Part shown: positions 1 through 13,172 of the stretch, piece by piece | Layout: every line of letters begins with the position of its first letter | Position numbering within the stretch: the first letter of the stretch is position 1 | From: Octopus vulgaris | Lineage: Eukaryota | DNA: 64,000 bases | Assembly: GCA_951406725.2 (NCBI GenBank) | Contig: OX597832.1 | Span: forward strand, 62,062,001-62,126,000 | Direction: 5' to 3' | Made by a program: the position numbers and the translations under genes | The notes under the pieces: model-generated | Seen by the model: the letters and a program-made list of their open reading frames with translations, nothing else | Database searches by the model: none | What the model was told of the DNA's origin: nothing

Positions 1-889
1 TAATTACAATATTCGGGTTCAAATCCTACGTAGGTCAACATTCTCTTTTCCACATCCAGGGTCGATAAATATAAATATGGACAAATAAATAACAATTGGA
101 ATTAATCTAATGCTTCCAGGACCATAACTGTCCGTCTTTTACCTACAGTAGAAATCTTTATTGCCAGGACGAAGATGACAGATGTGGAACGTTACATAAC
201 GTGTAACATTTCTTAAGATACTGAGATGCCTCCTTTCGAAGCTAAATAGAAAAACAAAGATGGGAATCACGATCGTTCTTTTTCTCTCAACAAATTTAAT
301 TCGTCATTGGTGTTATGTAATGCAATATTTCCGATTCAAATACTAACAACAGGCAAATGAGAGAAATCCTCTAATTACTGATATGAAGGACACTGAAGCT
401 CAAGAGATGAGGTTTCAATTATAGCTTGAAAGATTGTAAAGACAATAACATTGTTAACATTCGCCTGAAAATATGGAAGACATAACATGGTATTCCGTTA
501 TAACTATAGCCATGCTCTGAAGACAGACAATACGCATACAAATTGTTGCTTGAAACCATTTCTGTACAACTAGATCGTTAATAATCTTTAAAGAGTATGA
601 ATGACTTAACATTCTATTTACTATTAACATTAATTAATGTTATAATTATGAATGGACAGCAAGATATAAATATATTGCTTTCTAACTTTGGCACATGGCC
701 AGCAATTTCGGGCGAGGGGATGAGTGGATTACATCGACCTCAGTGTTTCAAAGGATGAAAGGCAAAGTCGATCTCATTCGAACACAGAACGTGAACACAG
801 TTGAAATGCCGTTAAGCGTTTTGTCCGACACGGAAACGATTCTTCTAAATCGCCACCTTATGAGATATAAATATATTGATAAACGAATC

Positions 890-1110
890 AAGGCAGGGAG
901 CTGGGCAGAATCGTTAGCATGCCGGACAAAATGTTTTCCGGTATTTCTTCAGCCTATTTACGTTCTGTACTTATATTCCCGAAAGCTCGATTGTATATTT
1001 CCTCCCTTTTCTGGTGGTCGAAATAGGTATATTTTGAGCACTGGGGTCGATGTACTCGACTTTTCCCTCCCACCACCCACTCAATATTTCTGAACTTCTG
1101 CCAAACGTAA
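890..1110 (+). mobile_element. tRNA-derived SINE family A, diverged copy (head-to-head with a partial minus-strand copy at ~685-860)
   Basis: GGCAGGGAGCTGGGCAGAATCGTTAGCA head and GGTCGAAATAGGTA...CACTGGGGTCGATGTACTCGAC body match the cleaner copies at 39761 and 9268. Confidence 0.7.
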
Positions 1111-2194
1111 AAGAAATGTGTTAATAAATAAATAAACATACCGATAAAGAGTCTGTTGGTTCAACCAACAGGACAGCTTAGTTATAAAATTTGTTGCAGT
1201 TTTAAATGGCTACGTATTCCGAAGTCTCTTGTAACACTAACATAATATTCAATGACGGAGTCTTAAAAATAACATCTTCCAAAAACAACAGTATCACAAC
1301 TGATAAAAGGCAAGAACGTATTGTCTAATGTAGTGATAAATATATTCTTAAAAAATGTGGATAATCAGAAATATCCTCTACCATAAAGTCTGATTCACCA
1401 AACCTAACATGGTGGAAAATAGCAAAAACAACAATATGCTTTCAATTTATTTGATATCAAGCAGCGTCTGAGACCATTCCTGGTTCTGTGATTCAAACTT
1501 CCGGTTTAAACTGGTCCAAATCAAAACCTTACGTTAGATTATTTTATTTTCCAGAACCAAAAGCAATAATTGCGATGTTAGTTTAGTAAATTCTTTGATA
1601 TTTTCAAATTATGTATAGCCCCCATGTTAGATTTGATTGTGCAGAACAATGATTCATTCCGTTCTTTCTGTGACCATCTCGTATTATTTCAGCGACCATG
1701 TATCATCTACTATGGTGTCAGTTGTTGTTTAAGCTATCAATTTGATGAAGTCACGAGGATTGGATTTAAGAGACGTGTTGCAATATGGCTGCTATATTTC
1801 CTGTAAGAAACAGCATCTCTATTTCCCTTAAAGTCTTCGACTTGGGTTTTTATTGTTGTAGCCCAGGTTTAGGAAAAACCTGAAGTTGTTTGTGGTTAGC
1901 CGCTGGTCAAACTAACCTATTAGTAAGGCATTCCGATAATGACCATTTAGCCTTTTCTTCAGGAATATAATATCAGATATGTCCATTCGTAAGATTACAA
2001 ACAACTCCGTTTCGTCATAAGTTAGTGAAATGCATATATTTTACAGCAGGGACTATGCGGTAGGCCATTAGAAAGAAAAAACACCAAACTTAGTCAACAG
2101 GATACATATATATATATATATATGCGTGTGGGTGAATGCATGTGTGTATACCTACGTTTGTATATTTATACACACACGTAAATATATGTGTACG

Positions 2195-2259
<65 letters not shown>

Positions 2260-2281
2260 TACACATACATATATGTGTACG

Positions 2282-2312
<31 letters not shown>

Positions 2313-2938
2313 GCATGCACACACATACGTGTACACTGTTTGAACTGGAACAGGATACTGCGTTTTATATATACTATCCATATACCTTCTGTATCTATGT
2401 AGGATTGTTTTTCCATCTGCAACAAATAGGTCAAGTAACTATTTCGTATGTAGTCCTTTAGCGCTTGAAGAACTCAATTGTATTTTTTTGTTTTTCTATT
2501 CCTGTTTATTTTCTTCCTTTTTTTTTTTTGCACGTCTTATGTTTCTCAAGTTCTTCTTCAGCGTAGTGAATCCTTTTCTGCCGAAAGTTACGCTAACAGT
2601 CGCATTATCGTAAGTATAAACAAACGAGTTTCGCCAGTCGGTGTAAATGTCATTATCAACTAGGTTTTACAGGATGTTCATTTTACTTGTTTATTTACTT
2701 GTTTATCTATTATTTTTTTCTGCTTTCTGTTACGAGAAATTGAGAGGAGGACGAAGATAATATCTGTTATAAGAGGTGTAAATATGTTGCGAGAGAACTA
2801 AAGGAAACGAAGTTAGACACGAAATGGAGGACGTTTGATACACATTTTAAACAATCCGTAGACGCACGCACACACATACTCACAAACACACACAATCATA
2901 CACACGAACATACATATACATATATAAATCTATACATA

Positions 2939-3159
2939 TACGAGAGAGGGCTGAAATGTGCCTGGCTTTAAGGGAATAGTGAAAGGTCCAGTTGGAGGCC
3001 GAAACTTCCAAGTTCTTTTACAAGGCTTAGAAAAAATGAAGGACCAGTGCAATAACAGTGTGAACCTGAGTGGGGAATATGTTGAATAAAATCGTAATTA
3101 ACTGATCCTCCTATATTTTTCAAACTCAAAGCCAGGAACTTTTCAGCACCCACCTCGTA
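2939..3159 (+). mobile_element. Mariner-derived MITE / internal deletion derivative
   Basis: Imperfect TIRs TACGAGAGAGGGCTGAAATGTGCCTGGCTTT and AAAGCCAGGAACTTTTCAGCACCCACCTCGTA with TA ends. Interior retains a transposase C-terminal remnant (..SVNLSGEYVE*). Confidence 0.8.
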
Positions 3160-3180
3160 TAGATAGGTATATATATATAT

Positions 3181-3377
3181 GAATACAGTGTACATTCAAA
3201 CACATAAGAGATAACCAAAAAATAGGGTATCTGACTCACTAGAAAGAGCAGTTAAAACTCCAAGCCACTAATAGTTGCAATTCTGAAAGGGAATGAAAAA
3301 TAAAAACATTTACCCTAGGAAAAATAGGGTAAATGTTTTTGGGTTATCTCTTATGTGTTTGAATGTACACTGTATTC
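3181..3377. repeat. Nested perfect inverted repeats (36 bp outer, 16 bp inner)
   Basis: 3181-3216 is the exact reverse complement of 3342-3377; 3302-3317 is the exact reverse complement of 3325-3340. Confidence 0.9.
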
Positions 3378-3465
3378 TTCTATGAATAATGACTAAATTT
3401 TTCCTTCTCGCTAGACCATTGGTAGCAAAGAATTTTTCTATAAATATTTTGGCTACCCTAAGATT

Positions 3466-3503
<38 letters not shown>

Positions 3504-3649
3504 TTGCATGGATGCATATTTGTATGTATACATATATGTTTGCATATGTATATATATGTATATATATACACACATATATATATGTGTGTGTGTGTGTATG
3601 TCTATATATGTTTATATAGATGTATATATGTTTGTATGCATGTGTATGT

Positions 3650-3850
3650 CTGTGTTTGTTCTCCTCACCACCTCACAATCGTTGGTGTTTAGCTTATGTT
3701 CCTGTAACTTAGCAGGTTAGCAAAAAAGTGTGATAGAATTAGTAGCAAGTTTAGATAAAGTCCTGGGGCCGTTTTCATCCTTCAAACACTTTTCGGGCCG
3801 GTGCAGCAGCATGGCCGCACTCTGTTCACTGAAGCAAGTACAAGATAAAG
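3650..3850 (+). mobile_element. SINE family C, 3' portion
   Basis: Diverged match to 48030-48221 (GTAACTTAGC..GATAGAAT..CAGCATGGCCGCA..ACTGAAGCAAGTA). Confidence 0.6.
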
Positions 3851-3875
3851 GACATATATATATATATACACACAC

Positions 3876-3912
<37 letters not shown>

Positions 3913-3956
3913 CGTGGTTATTTGGGTGTATACATATATACGCATACATATGCACA

Positions 3957-4000
<44 letters not shown>

Positions 4001-4039
4001 CACGCACACACACATACACACACACACACACAGACAAAT

Positions 4040-4290
4040 CTCGCACTCAGTCGGTAACGACAACGATGCTTCCAGTTGATCCGATCAACGGAACATCCTA
4101 CTCGCGAAACTAGCGTCCAATTGGCTGAGAACTCCACAGGCACTTTGTATCCTGAAATTATTTCTCAGGGAAATTCCTGCGTGACTAAGAATGTGGCAAT
4201 TCAGAGTTGTACCTCAAAAGCGAGGAATAGATCAATTCTGCCGGCTGAGTTGTCTGACACAACATGAAATTAAGTGCCTTGCAGAAGAGC
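4040..4290 (-). mobile_element. SINE family D, diverged partial copy
   Basis: TCCAGTTGATCCGATCAACGGAACA block shared with 15452-15817 and 59161-59530. Confidence 0.6.
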
Positions 4291-5456
4291 ACGACACTCC
4301 GTCAGCAAAATTGTTTTTCCTCACGAAATTTCGGGACCCTAGTAATGAACTCATCTGCATACAGCCAATCAGAGTTCACCTTGACCTTATTTTCAAGTTA
4401 ACGAACACTACCATCTAAACTCATGACGAAGAACAGTGTTGTAAGTTGACCGATCGCCAAGTCATGCCTGATTTTAGAAGGAGACAAGTTATTAGATATA
4501 TATGCATCAATACCTGTTATCGGATTTTGTTAGGGGTCCATGTGGTAAAGATATGAATGGGAAAATGCTGGTAGAGGGTTACGTACTAGCAACCCTCTCC
4601 TCTTACTGCTTTAGAAAGTAAACAACAACACAAATAACTACGCAGAGCAGCCATGGTTGAAACGAGAACAAAAACAAGAACAACAAGTGTTCTTAATAGA
4701 GAAGCGCAGCGTGGTCATTGCTTAGCCAAGTGACCTTATTTTATTACTCATCACTCGTTATGCGCTCATAAATCAGTTTGGTAGTTGAGCTGTGATTGGC
4801 TGTATACAAGTGCGTTCAAAATTGGAGTCTGGAACTCTCGTGGAAAAAAAACATTTCGTACCCCGCCAGGAATCGAACTTCCGACTAAATGATTGGGAGT
4901 CGAATAACCTTCATCTCTAAGCCACGGGCTTTCCCACACACTCATACACTCATTCATAACTTGCTCATGTATAAAATTACTATAATATTTACACTATATT
5001 CTTCACTCCACGCAGGTAAATTCTGCAGGTGCATCCTGAAAAATCTACTTCATTACCGACTCTAAAATGTCATTCATAAGAGGCAATGGCGCCTGTGTTA
5101 TCACACAGTAATGATATGCGGTATATCATATTCTAGACATAACGATATTGCTCAAATAAATATTTAAAACTGAACACATTACTGCAGTAAACAAATCGTA
5201 GCTTCCTCCATTATGAACTCGGATAATATTAACAGATTGGAATACTTTCTAAATTCTTGCATAAGCCAAACAAATTCGGTGCGGGGGAGGATAAGTCGAT
5301 TACTTCGACTCCACTCCTCAACTGGCATTTAATTATCGACACCGGAAAGCATGAAAGATAAACGCGACCTAGGCGGAGTTTGAACTCGGAACGAAATGCT
5401 GATAAGCATTTTGCCCGGCCTGCTGAAGATTCTGCCAGCTCACTGCCTTAATAAAA

Positions 5457-5487
<31 letters not shown>

Positions 5488-5495
5488 CGATGATG

Positions 5496-5541
<46 letters not shown>

Positions 5542-5729
5542 TGTTGATGAAGATAATAATAACTAAAGGCACTAGGCTTGAAATTTTGGGAGTCGGAATG
5601 AGTCGATTACATCGGTCTCAGTTTTTGACTGGTTCTTATTTTATCGACCCTGAAAGGATAGAAGGTAAAGTGGACCTCGGCGGAATTTGAACTCTGAACG
5701 TAGCAAAAATAACAACAGTATGATTTCTA

Positions 5730-6150
5730 TGATGCAATACCAGGCATCATGGCTGGTCGTGGCTCTCATGGCTTCTCATCTTAACAGATTGAAAGTGTTA
5801 TCATGTAGATGATCTATTTTGGTATCAAAGATGGGCTACAACAAATATTCTACTCAATACGACAGATTTGCTTGTCAGTTGTTTGACCATAACAAGTTGA
5901 GCATATCTCTTAGTGGCTGACGATATGTGTATCTCTGATCACGAGCAGAATTAGTGGGGCAGCTTTATAGTCATGTGTTGAGAGGAATTATTCGGGGTTT
6001 GAATAATTCACCTTTGGAAACATGGGTATTTCGTTCATCATCCTTAAACAACCCTTATTCAGGGACTTTTTGAGGAGGATGGGCTACTCGACCTCAAGAA
6101 AATTCTAACTTGGCCCTACTTGCGAGGACATGTGCTGTATTTTTCAATAT
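5730..6150 (+). mobile_element. Family B (TAA-associated 558-bp element), diverged 5' ~420 bp
   Basis: Colinear with the reverse complement of 18581-19138. Confidence 0.8.
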
Positions 6151-6391
6151 CCTGCTTCTGTCCCTTATGGGTGGGACTCCGTGCATCATTTTATGTTGCA
6201 TCCATTCTGCAGTCTGGGTCTCATCAGGTATATCCATACATAAAGTTGTGTGTGGCTAAATAGTCTGAGTTTAGGCTGCCTTGTTGTAATACGCTCGCCT
6301 GGTTACGGAATGAAACATTGCTGTTATTTTCATTACTCTTAACTTTCCATAACAAAAATTGTAAACGTGTAAATATAAATATATTTGATAT

Positions 6392-6664
6392 TTTTATATA
6401 AGCTTAAAGCTTATGGTGATCACCGTGCAATGACTAAGGAAAATAGTCTAATAAAGGGGTCTATAAGGCCTCGACAGAAAAAAGAAGGCTTACCTATCAG
6501 CGTGAGACTCGAACCCACTCCCCTTTTTAACACAAATACACACTCGAGTCCCACGCGGATACCAAAGCCTTCTTTTTTCTATCGAGGGCTTATATGGCTC
6601 TGTATTAGGTTATTTTCCTTAGACATTGCGAGGTGATCGCCATAAGCTTTATGCTTATATAAAA
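6392..6664. repeat. Foldback element: ~121-bp imperfect inverted arms with a 31-bp spacer
   Basis: 6392-6512 aligns to the reverse complement of 6544-6664 (AAGCTTATGGYGATCACC..CTAAGGAAAATA..AGAAAAAAGAAGGCTT..GCGTGRGACTCGA). Confidence 0.85.
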
Positions 6665-6960
6665 TTACCATTATTATTATTTACAGGATTGTAAAACATG
6701 ACACCGTATAAAATACTCTTCGATAAATATATTTGTTTATATTTACAAATGCTTACCAAACATCCATGCGTATGAACGACAGAATGTCTTTCTGAATCTA
6801 GTGTTTTGTCTGTTTGGAGCTGTGAGACGGTACCGAGTCCCGTTGGAGGTTCCAAGGTGCGTCTTGAAAGTGCTGATTCGCTCACGAAAGCCGTTCAGCT
6901 TCCAGAATTTCGCTAATGTATCGCTAAGATTTTATAATGCTGTATAATTTTTATATCACA

Positions 6961-7353
6961 CTAGCAGTATCGCCCGGCATTGCTCGGGTTTGTAGGGGAA
7001 ATAACTATATAAGCATTTTTAGAGATGTAAAGTATAATAGCCATCTCAATATGGCTAACCACAAAGGGGGGGTTACTGTAGCTTTTTACGTTCTGAGATT
7101 TAATAATAAATTTTTAGAGAGTTACTTCCCTTATATATGCCAAAAATGCATTAAAAATGGGAAAAATTGATGGTAATTTTTTTTTAAATCGTAGACTCAT
7201 CGTAGACGCGCGCTAATACCCAGAAGGGCTCGATATGAATCACGACTATAAGATACCCGGTTTTGGTTAAACTGCACCACAAAATGTGGGAGTAGTTAGG
7301 AATCTAAATCGTAGGAGACAGACAGCACACAACCTCACTTTTATATATAAAGA
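6961..7353 (-). mobile_element. Non-autonomous Helitron (393 bp)
   Basis: On the minus strand it starts A|TC, ends CTAG|T and has a GC-rich subterminal hairpin CCCGAGCAATGCCGGG shortly before CTAG, with no TSD. These are canonical Helitron termini. Confidence 0.85.
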
Positions 7354-7880
7354 TTTATTGAGAATTATTAAAGCCCGAAACTCTGACAGGTTACTTTTAG
7401 TTTCACTCAACCAAAACCTCTATCAAAACAGTGGCCCAAGGTACCACACAGTAGGACAGAACCCGGAAGCATGTTGTTGGGAAGCAAGATTCTTACCATA
7501 CAGTCACGCCTGCGTCTATTTCCTTTATTTCATTCCATGGTTTTGAACGCTTATTCTTACAGATTTTTTCATTCTTTGCCTAGTTCTTCATTGAGATATT
7601 TTCGGTCGCCGAAATTGACAGAACCATTAACAGACACGTTTTTCCTTCTTTAACTACGGTACTTCAGTATGATATATGAAACGTCTACCAATATTTACAG
7701 ACACGTTCTAGAGTAATATTACCGTTTTAAGTTTAGGCAGGATTTTTCGCGTAAGCTTTCCTAAATTTCAACACAACTTCTGTAGCACTGGCTTAGTTTC
7801 CAATAACAACCCCAAATTTATTCTTTATTTATCTTTCTACCTACCTAACTCTCTCTTTTCCTTCTTTCTACTACTATGAG

Positions 7881-7959
<79 letters not shown>

Positions 7960-8052
7960 ATATATATATATATATCAATCTGTCTGTCTGTCTGTCAATC
8001 TGTCTGTCTGTCAATCTCTCTATCTATCTAGCTACGTATACATATTTGTTCG

Positions 8053-8103
<51 letters not shown>

Positions 8104-8170
8104 ATCTGTCAATCTGTCTGTCTGTCTGTCAATCTCTCTATCTATCTAGCTACGTATACATATTTGTTCG

Positions 8171-8211
<41 letters not shown>

Positions 8212-8471
8212 ATCTGTCTGTCTGTCTGTCAATCTATCTATCTATCTAGCTACGTATAATATTTGTTCGTATGTACTATATATATATATATAAAATTATA
8301 TATAAATTTTATATATTGATATAAGTCTGTCTGTCTGTCAATCTGTTTATCTATCTAGCTACGTATACATATTTGTCTCTAATAATATTATATAATATTT
8401 TACTATAAAATTGGATTTAATCATAAATCTGATTTTTTCCCTGTAAATTTGGATTTATTCCCTAATATTTA

Positions 8472-8503
<32 letters not shown>

Positions 8504-8660
8504 CAATCTGTCTGTCTGTCTGTCAATCTCTCTATCTATCTAGCTACGTATACATATTTGTTCGTATGTATATATATATATATCAATCTGTCTGTCTGTC
8601 TGTCAATCTCTCTATCTATCTAGCTACGTATACATATTTGTTCGTATGTATGTATGTATT
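7881..8660. repeat. Compound minisatellite: (TATC)n then ~6 units of (TA)n-TCAATCTGTCTGTC..CTAGCTACGTATACATATTTGTTCGTATG
   Basis: Unit recurs near 7975, 8100, 8208, 8323 (degraded), 8502 and 8582. Confidence 0.85.
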
Positions 8661-8785
8661 TACGTATATAAACGCGAGCACAGAGATGTACATATATAGT
8701 TATATATATGCGCATACATATATATTTAAAACAAATAGAAAGAGAAGTGAAGAGAGAGAAAGAAATACATAGGCAGACACACGCA

Positions 8786-8836
<51 letters not shown>

Positions 8837-9267
8837 CTAGCTAGATAGATAGATAGATAGATCGAGCGTCCATGGATCAGTAGTGTGTGTCTGGAAACAT
8901 TCTGGATGTAGAAAAAGCACGCGAATAATGAGAATTTGCTCAATGCCTATAGCTCTATTAAACATAATCACACATCATGAGAGAACTAGCTAAAATCGTT
9001 TCTCAGGACGGGATATATCCATCACTACAACCAATTACCACTCACGCTCTCCCAGAAGGTTTCATCACATCCGCCGTCTTAAACGATTAATTCAAATGGA
9101 CTTCTCTCAACGCCATTGCTGTTCACACTGTCCTGGACACAGTCATTTCTGAATAACAGCACATCACTTGACTCGGGCCGAATAAACGCTGCATACACCA
9201 CGTCTTCCTGGGAAATGTTATGTTCTCTAACAAATGTTAAAGAATGTGAAGCAAGCGAAGGAAGAGA

Positions 9268-9805
9268 TGCCGATTATATCAACCCTAGTGCGCAACTGGT
9301 ACTTAATTTATCGACCCCGAACAGATGAAAGGCAAAGTCGACCTCGGCGGAATTTGAACTCAGAACGTAGCGACAGACGAAATACCTGTTTCTGTACTAC
9401 CCACAAGGGACTAAACACAGAAGGGACAAACAAGGACAGACAAACGGATTAAGTCGATTATATCGACCCCAGTGCGTAACTGGTACTTATTTAATCGACC
9501 CCGAAAGGATGAAAGGCAAAGTCGACCTCGGCGGAATTTCAACTCAGAACGTAGCGACAGACGAAATACCTATTTCTTTACGACCCACAAGGGGCTAAAC
9601 ACAGATATGACAAACAAGGACACACAAACGGATTACGTCGATTATATCGACCCCAGTGCGTAACTGGTACTTATTTAATCGACTCTGAAAGGATGAAAAG
9701 CAAAGCCAACCTCGGCGGAATTTCAACTCAGAACGTAACGGCAGACGAAATACGGCTACGCATTTCGTCCGGCGTGTTAAATTTTCTGCCAGCTCGCCGC
9801 CTTCA
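9268..9805 (-). mobile_element. SINE family A trimer (one full head plus tandem ~180-bp units)
   Basis: Three repeats of CCTCGGCGGAATTTBAACTCAGAACGTA; full head (CTGCCAGCTCGCCGCC on +) only at the right end. Confidence 0.9.
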
Positions 9806-9819
9806 ATAATAATAATAAT

Positions 9820-10031
9820 CTTTTCTACTATAAGCACAAGACCTGAAATTTGAATGAGGAAAATAATCTACTATATCGACTCCACTGCGCAGCTGGTACA
9901 TAATTTATCGACCCCGCAAGGATGAAAGGCAAAGTTGACATCGGTGGAATTTGAACTCAACGTAAAGACAGACGAAGTACCGCTAAGCATTTCGCATAGC
10001 GTGCTAACGTTTCTGCCGGTTTGCCGCCTTA
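9820..10031 (-). mobile_element. SINE family A monomer
   Basis: Same head and central domain as the trimer, with the short alternative tail (GCACAAG.CCTGAAATTT on +). Confidence 0.8.
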
Positions 10032-10809
10032 GGCGTACATATATGTGGTAAGGTGTTGTAGTAATTTATACATTCCTTGTCGAGCTAGCAAAACATGTTC
10101 GATTATAGATTTGACAGAGTAGCGAATCACATGATCAATGGAGGTTGTTGTAGTCGTTTGCTACGTTGTGATATTTCCTCTGTCCCTACCAACAGACAAT
10201 GAGATCGACTGGACCGTGTCCCCTTTGCTTCTATTAGGCTCGACATATATACATAGTCACTGCTGAGACGCTTCCACAAAATAAAAAAAGAAAAGCCGTT
10301 AGAAAACCGATTATAGCAGCGACTCCATCTAAGAATATCTGAAGAAGGAATATTATTCCGAAATATCATATCAGACTATGGATGGCTCAATTACCACAGG
10401 TATATAGCCCATTGTCTGTATTATAGTGCATTGTTGTACCATTCAAAGCTTTTTATTCTTTATATAGATAGTGTTGGACTTTGCTGTGTCTCATTAAACT
10501 AGACTTGTTTTACGAATGTGAAGGTAGCGACCCCTAATGTCATTGATGCCTCTATTATACTATTATAGTTTTATTAATGAGAAGAGGAGCTGGGGACAAA
10601 GAGATTGTGACCGACAGAGAAGAAAAGGAGAGAGAGGGGGAAGAAAGAAAGAAAGATAAAGCGTGTAGAAAAGAGAAAGAAAGGAATAGGTTTAAATCTG
10701 TGATAATTATTGGATGCAAAAGATCCTAAAAAGACAGAGCAGGAGACATTGGTGAAAGTGAGAGAAAATAGGGAATGGCGCGCATTTAAAGAGAGATCAA
10801 ATAAGCGAG

Positions 10810-11350
10810 AGAGGGGTAGTTAGAGGGAGAGAGAGAAAGAGAAAGATGGAGTAATGTATAAAAATAGAAAAGATTCACAGAGAGAGGAAGACAGAGAGAC
10901 CGGGGAGAGAGAGAGAGAAAGGCAGAGAGACGGGGGGAGAGAGAGAGTAAGAGGAAGACAGAGACAGGGCAGAGAGAGAGAGAGAGAGGAAGACGAACAG
11001 ACTGGGGTGAGAGAGAGAAAGGAAGACAGAGAGACCGGGGAAAGAGAGAGAGAGAGAAAGGCAGAAAGACGGGGTGAGAGAGAGAGAGTAAGAGGAAGAC
11101 AGAGACAGGGGTGAGAGAGAGAAAGGAAGACAGAGAGACATGGGTGAGAGAGAGAGAAAGAAAATGAAATCTCGAAATATCACAAGAGAACGAGTTGTAG
11201 AAACGAAAGACAAGATTTAAAGATGGGGAGAAAGAGAGGGAAATCAAGATGGAGAAGGAGGATGTGACATGGGTTAAATGTTGAGGCAGAGAAAACTCGA
11301 GCAAACGAGATAAAGAAACACAGAGAGAGAGAGAGAGAGAGAGAGATACA
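10810..11350. repeat. GA-rich polypurine low-complexity tract with internal duplications
   Basis: GGAAGACAGAGAGACCGGGGA and GAGTAAGAGGAAGACAGAGACAGGG each occur twice among (GA)n. Confidence 0.85.
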
Positions 11351-11490
11351 GACAGCGAATGCAAATTGCGGCGGAAAATGAAATTTTATATATGTGTGTA
11401 TGTATGCGTTTATGTGCGTGAGTGTGTTTATGCGTGTGTTTGCGTATGTATGTATATGTATGTAGGCATTTTATATGCATATATATTAAC

Positions 11491-11538
<48 letters not shown>

Positions 11539-12394
11539 GTATGTTTGTATATATATATAGATTTAGTATATATTTATATATGTGCATATGAATATACAGT
11601 TAGAAAGAGAGAGAGGGAGAGAAAGAGAGAGAGGGGAAGATAAAAAGAAAGAGAGAGAGGGAGCGAAAGAGAGCGAGAGAGGGAGAAGGAGAAAGAGAGA
11701 AAATGTGCGAAAGACAGAGAAAGGAATAAAAATGTAATTAAATGAAATAAACATTTCCGGGGCAGACATTACAGTAATAAAGGAGGGAAAAGAAAATGGT
11801 TTTTATTTGTAGCGAACATTTACCATAATAATATTCGTTCTATCACAACGCTATTAAAATTAATTTTCTGTCTATGATAAATGGATAGCTTATCAGACAG
11901 TGGAACATTTACGCACAGGGACTTTTGCTTCTCCTAAAACAATTACAGTTTTTTAAACATTTTAACGTATAATATCTTCCTTGTTTGTTGGAAGCCATTT
12001 TTTTTTAATAAATTTCAAATCGACATCATATCATATCAGTTAAAAGTTTTGATTTATTTTTAAAATGTGATTCTCATAAATGTGTACATAAAGGCGTGCA
12101 ATCGTGCACATATATACGCTTTTGTGCGTAGTTGCGTATAAGCATACGTATGAATGTATACGAGAATGTATAAATATGGGTGTATGTAATACAAAAAGTC
12201 GAATAGGTTATCTGGTACTGTTACAGTTGTTTCATTAGGAATTTTTATTGCGACATATACATGGTGCAGCCAGGCATGCAGTAGGCACAGATACACGAGG
12301 TTATGTAATACGTTAAATAATTCTAAACTCAGCGGGTTTACCCAATATTCAAGCGAGAATTGACATATTGATTAATTAACGCATCGTCAATAAT

Positions 12395-12426
<32 letters not shown>

Positions 12427-12714
12427 CTTCTCTATACATACATATGTACATATGTACATGCATACATTTATACGTTGTTATTAAAGCCGCAAATAAATCA
12501 CAAAAATACTTGGAAAAATCTGCTACAGAGTTTCACATTCCCATTTGTCGGACAGTTTTGGTTGAGAACGAGAACGTGAAACTCTGAGTAGCAGTTTTTG
12601 TGATATATTTGTGATGTTTTTGCAACTTTAATAATAAAGCATATTGCTCTATCTCCAGTATTCGAGTACTATCTTTCCCACCTTGTTCCACATTTATGTA
12701 CTTAATCTGATACA

Positions 12715-12972
12715 TATAGTGTTGGTGCATAATTATTGCGGCTATTTTTCAACAAATTCTATTCAACAAAAACAATAACAACATGTAACAAAAGCATATT
12801 TAAATGATTATTGCGGAGCGTGTTCATCATCTGCTTCAATTACTGCTACTCATTTGCTTGGCAGACGGTCAGACTCACATTTAAAGATGTTTTTGTTAAA
12901 TATTGTTATTGTTTTTCTTGAATAAAATTCGCTGAAAAAAAAAAGCCGTAATAATTGTGCACCTACCCAATA
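12715..12972. mobile_element. Mariner-type MITE with ~70-bp imperfect TIRs
   Basis: TATAGTGTTGGTGCATAATTATTGCGGC.. and ..GCCGTAATAATTGTGCACCTACCCAATA resemble Hsmar1/Made1-type TIRs, with TA ends. Confidence 0.8.
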
Positions 12973-12989
12973 CAAACATATATTATCTT

Positions 12990-13151
12990 CTCTCTTTATT
13001 TTCTCTCCTTGTTTCTATCTGTGTTCCTTTCAGTGGAAGAGCGTAGGCTCGAAACGTTAAAGAATTGTTCACTTCCCGAGCGTTAAACTAATACGTCTGT
13101 TCGTTGTCTACACCACCTGTCTTCGTCTTTTGTTTTTTTTGTGAATTCTCC
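12990..13151 (+). mobile_element. Solo PLE terminal repeat (pLTR-like) with hammerhead-like motif at 13027-13062
   Basis: Homologous to 14680-14844; ends at a TA/TACA microsatellite. Confidence 0.75.
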
Positions 13152-13172
13152 ATATATACATACATACATATA

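Noticed and set aside
9268-9805. CRISPR-like repeat array
   Set aside because: Units are ~180-bp whole-sequence tandem copies without unique spacers, in a eukaryotic context.
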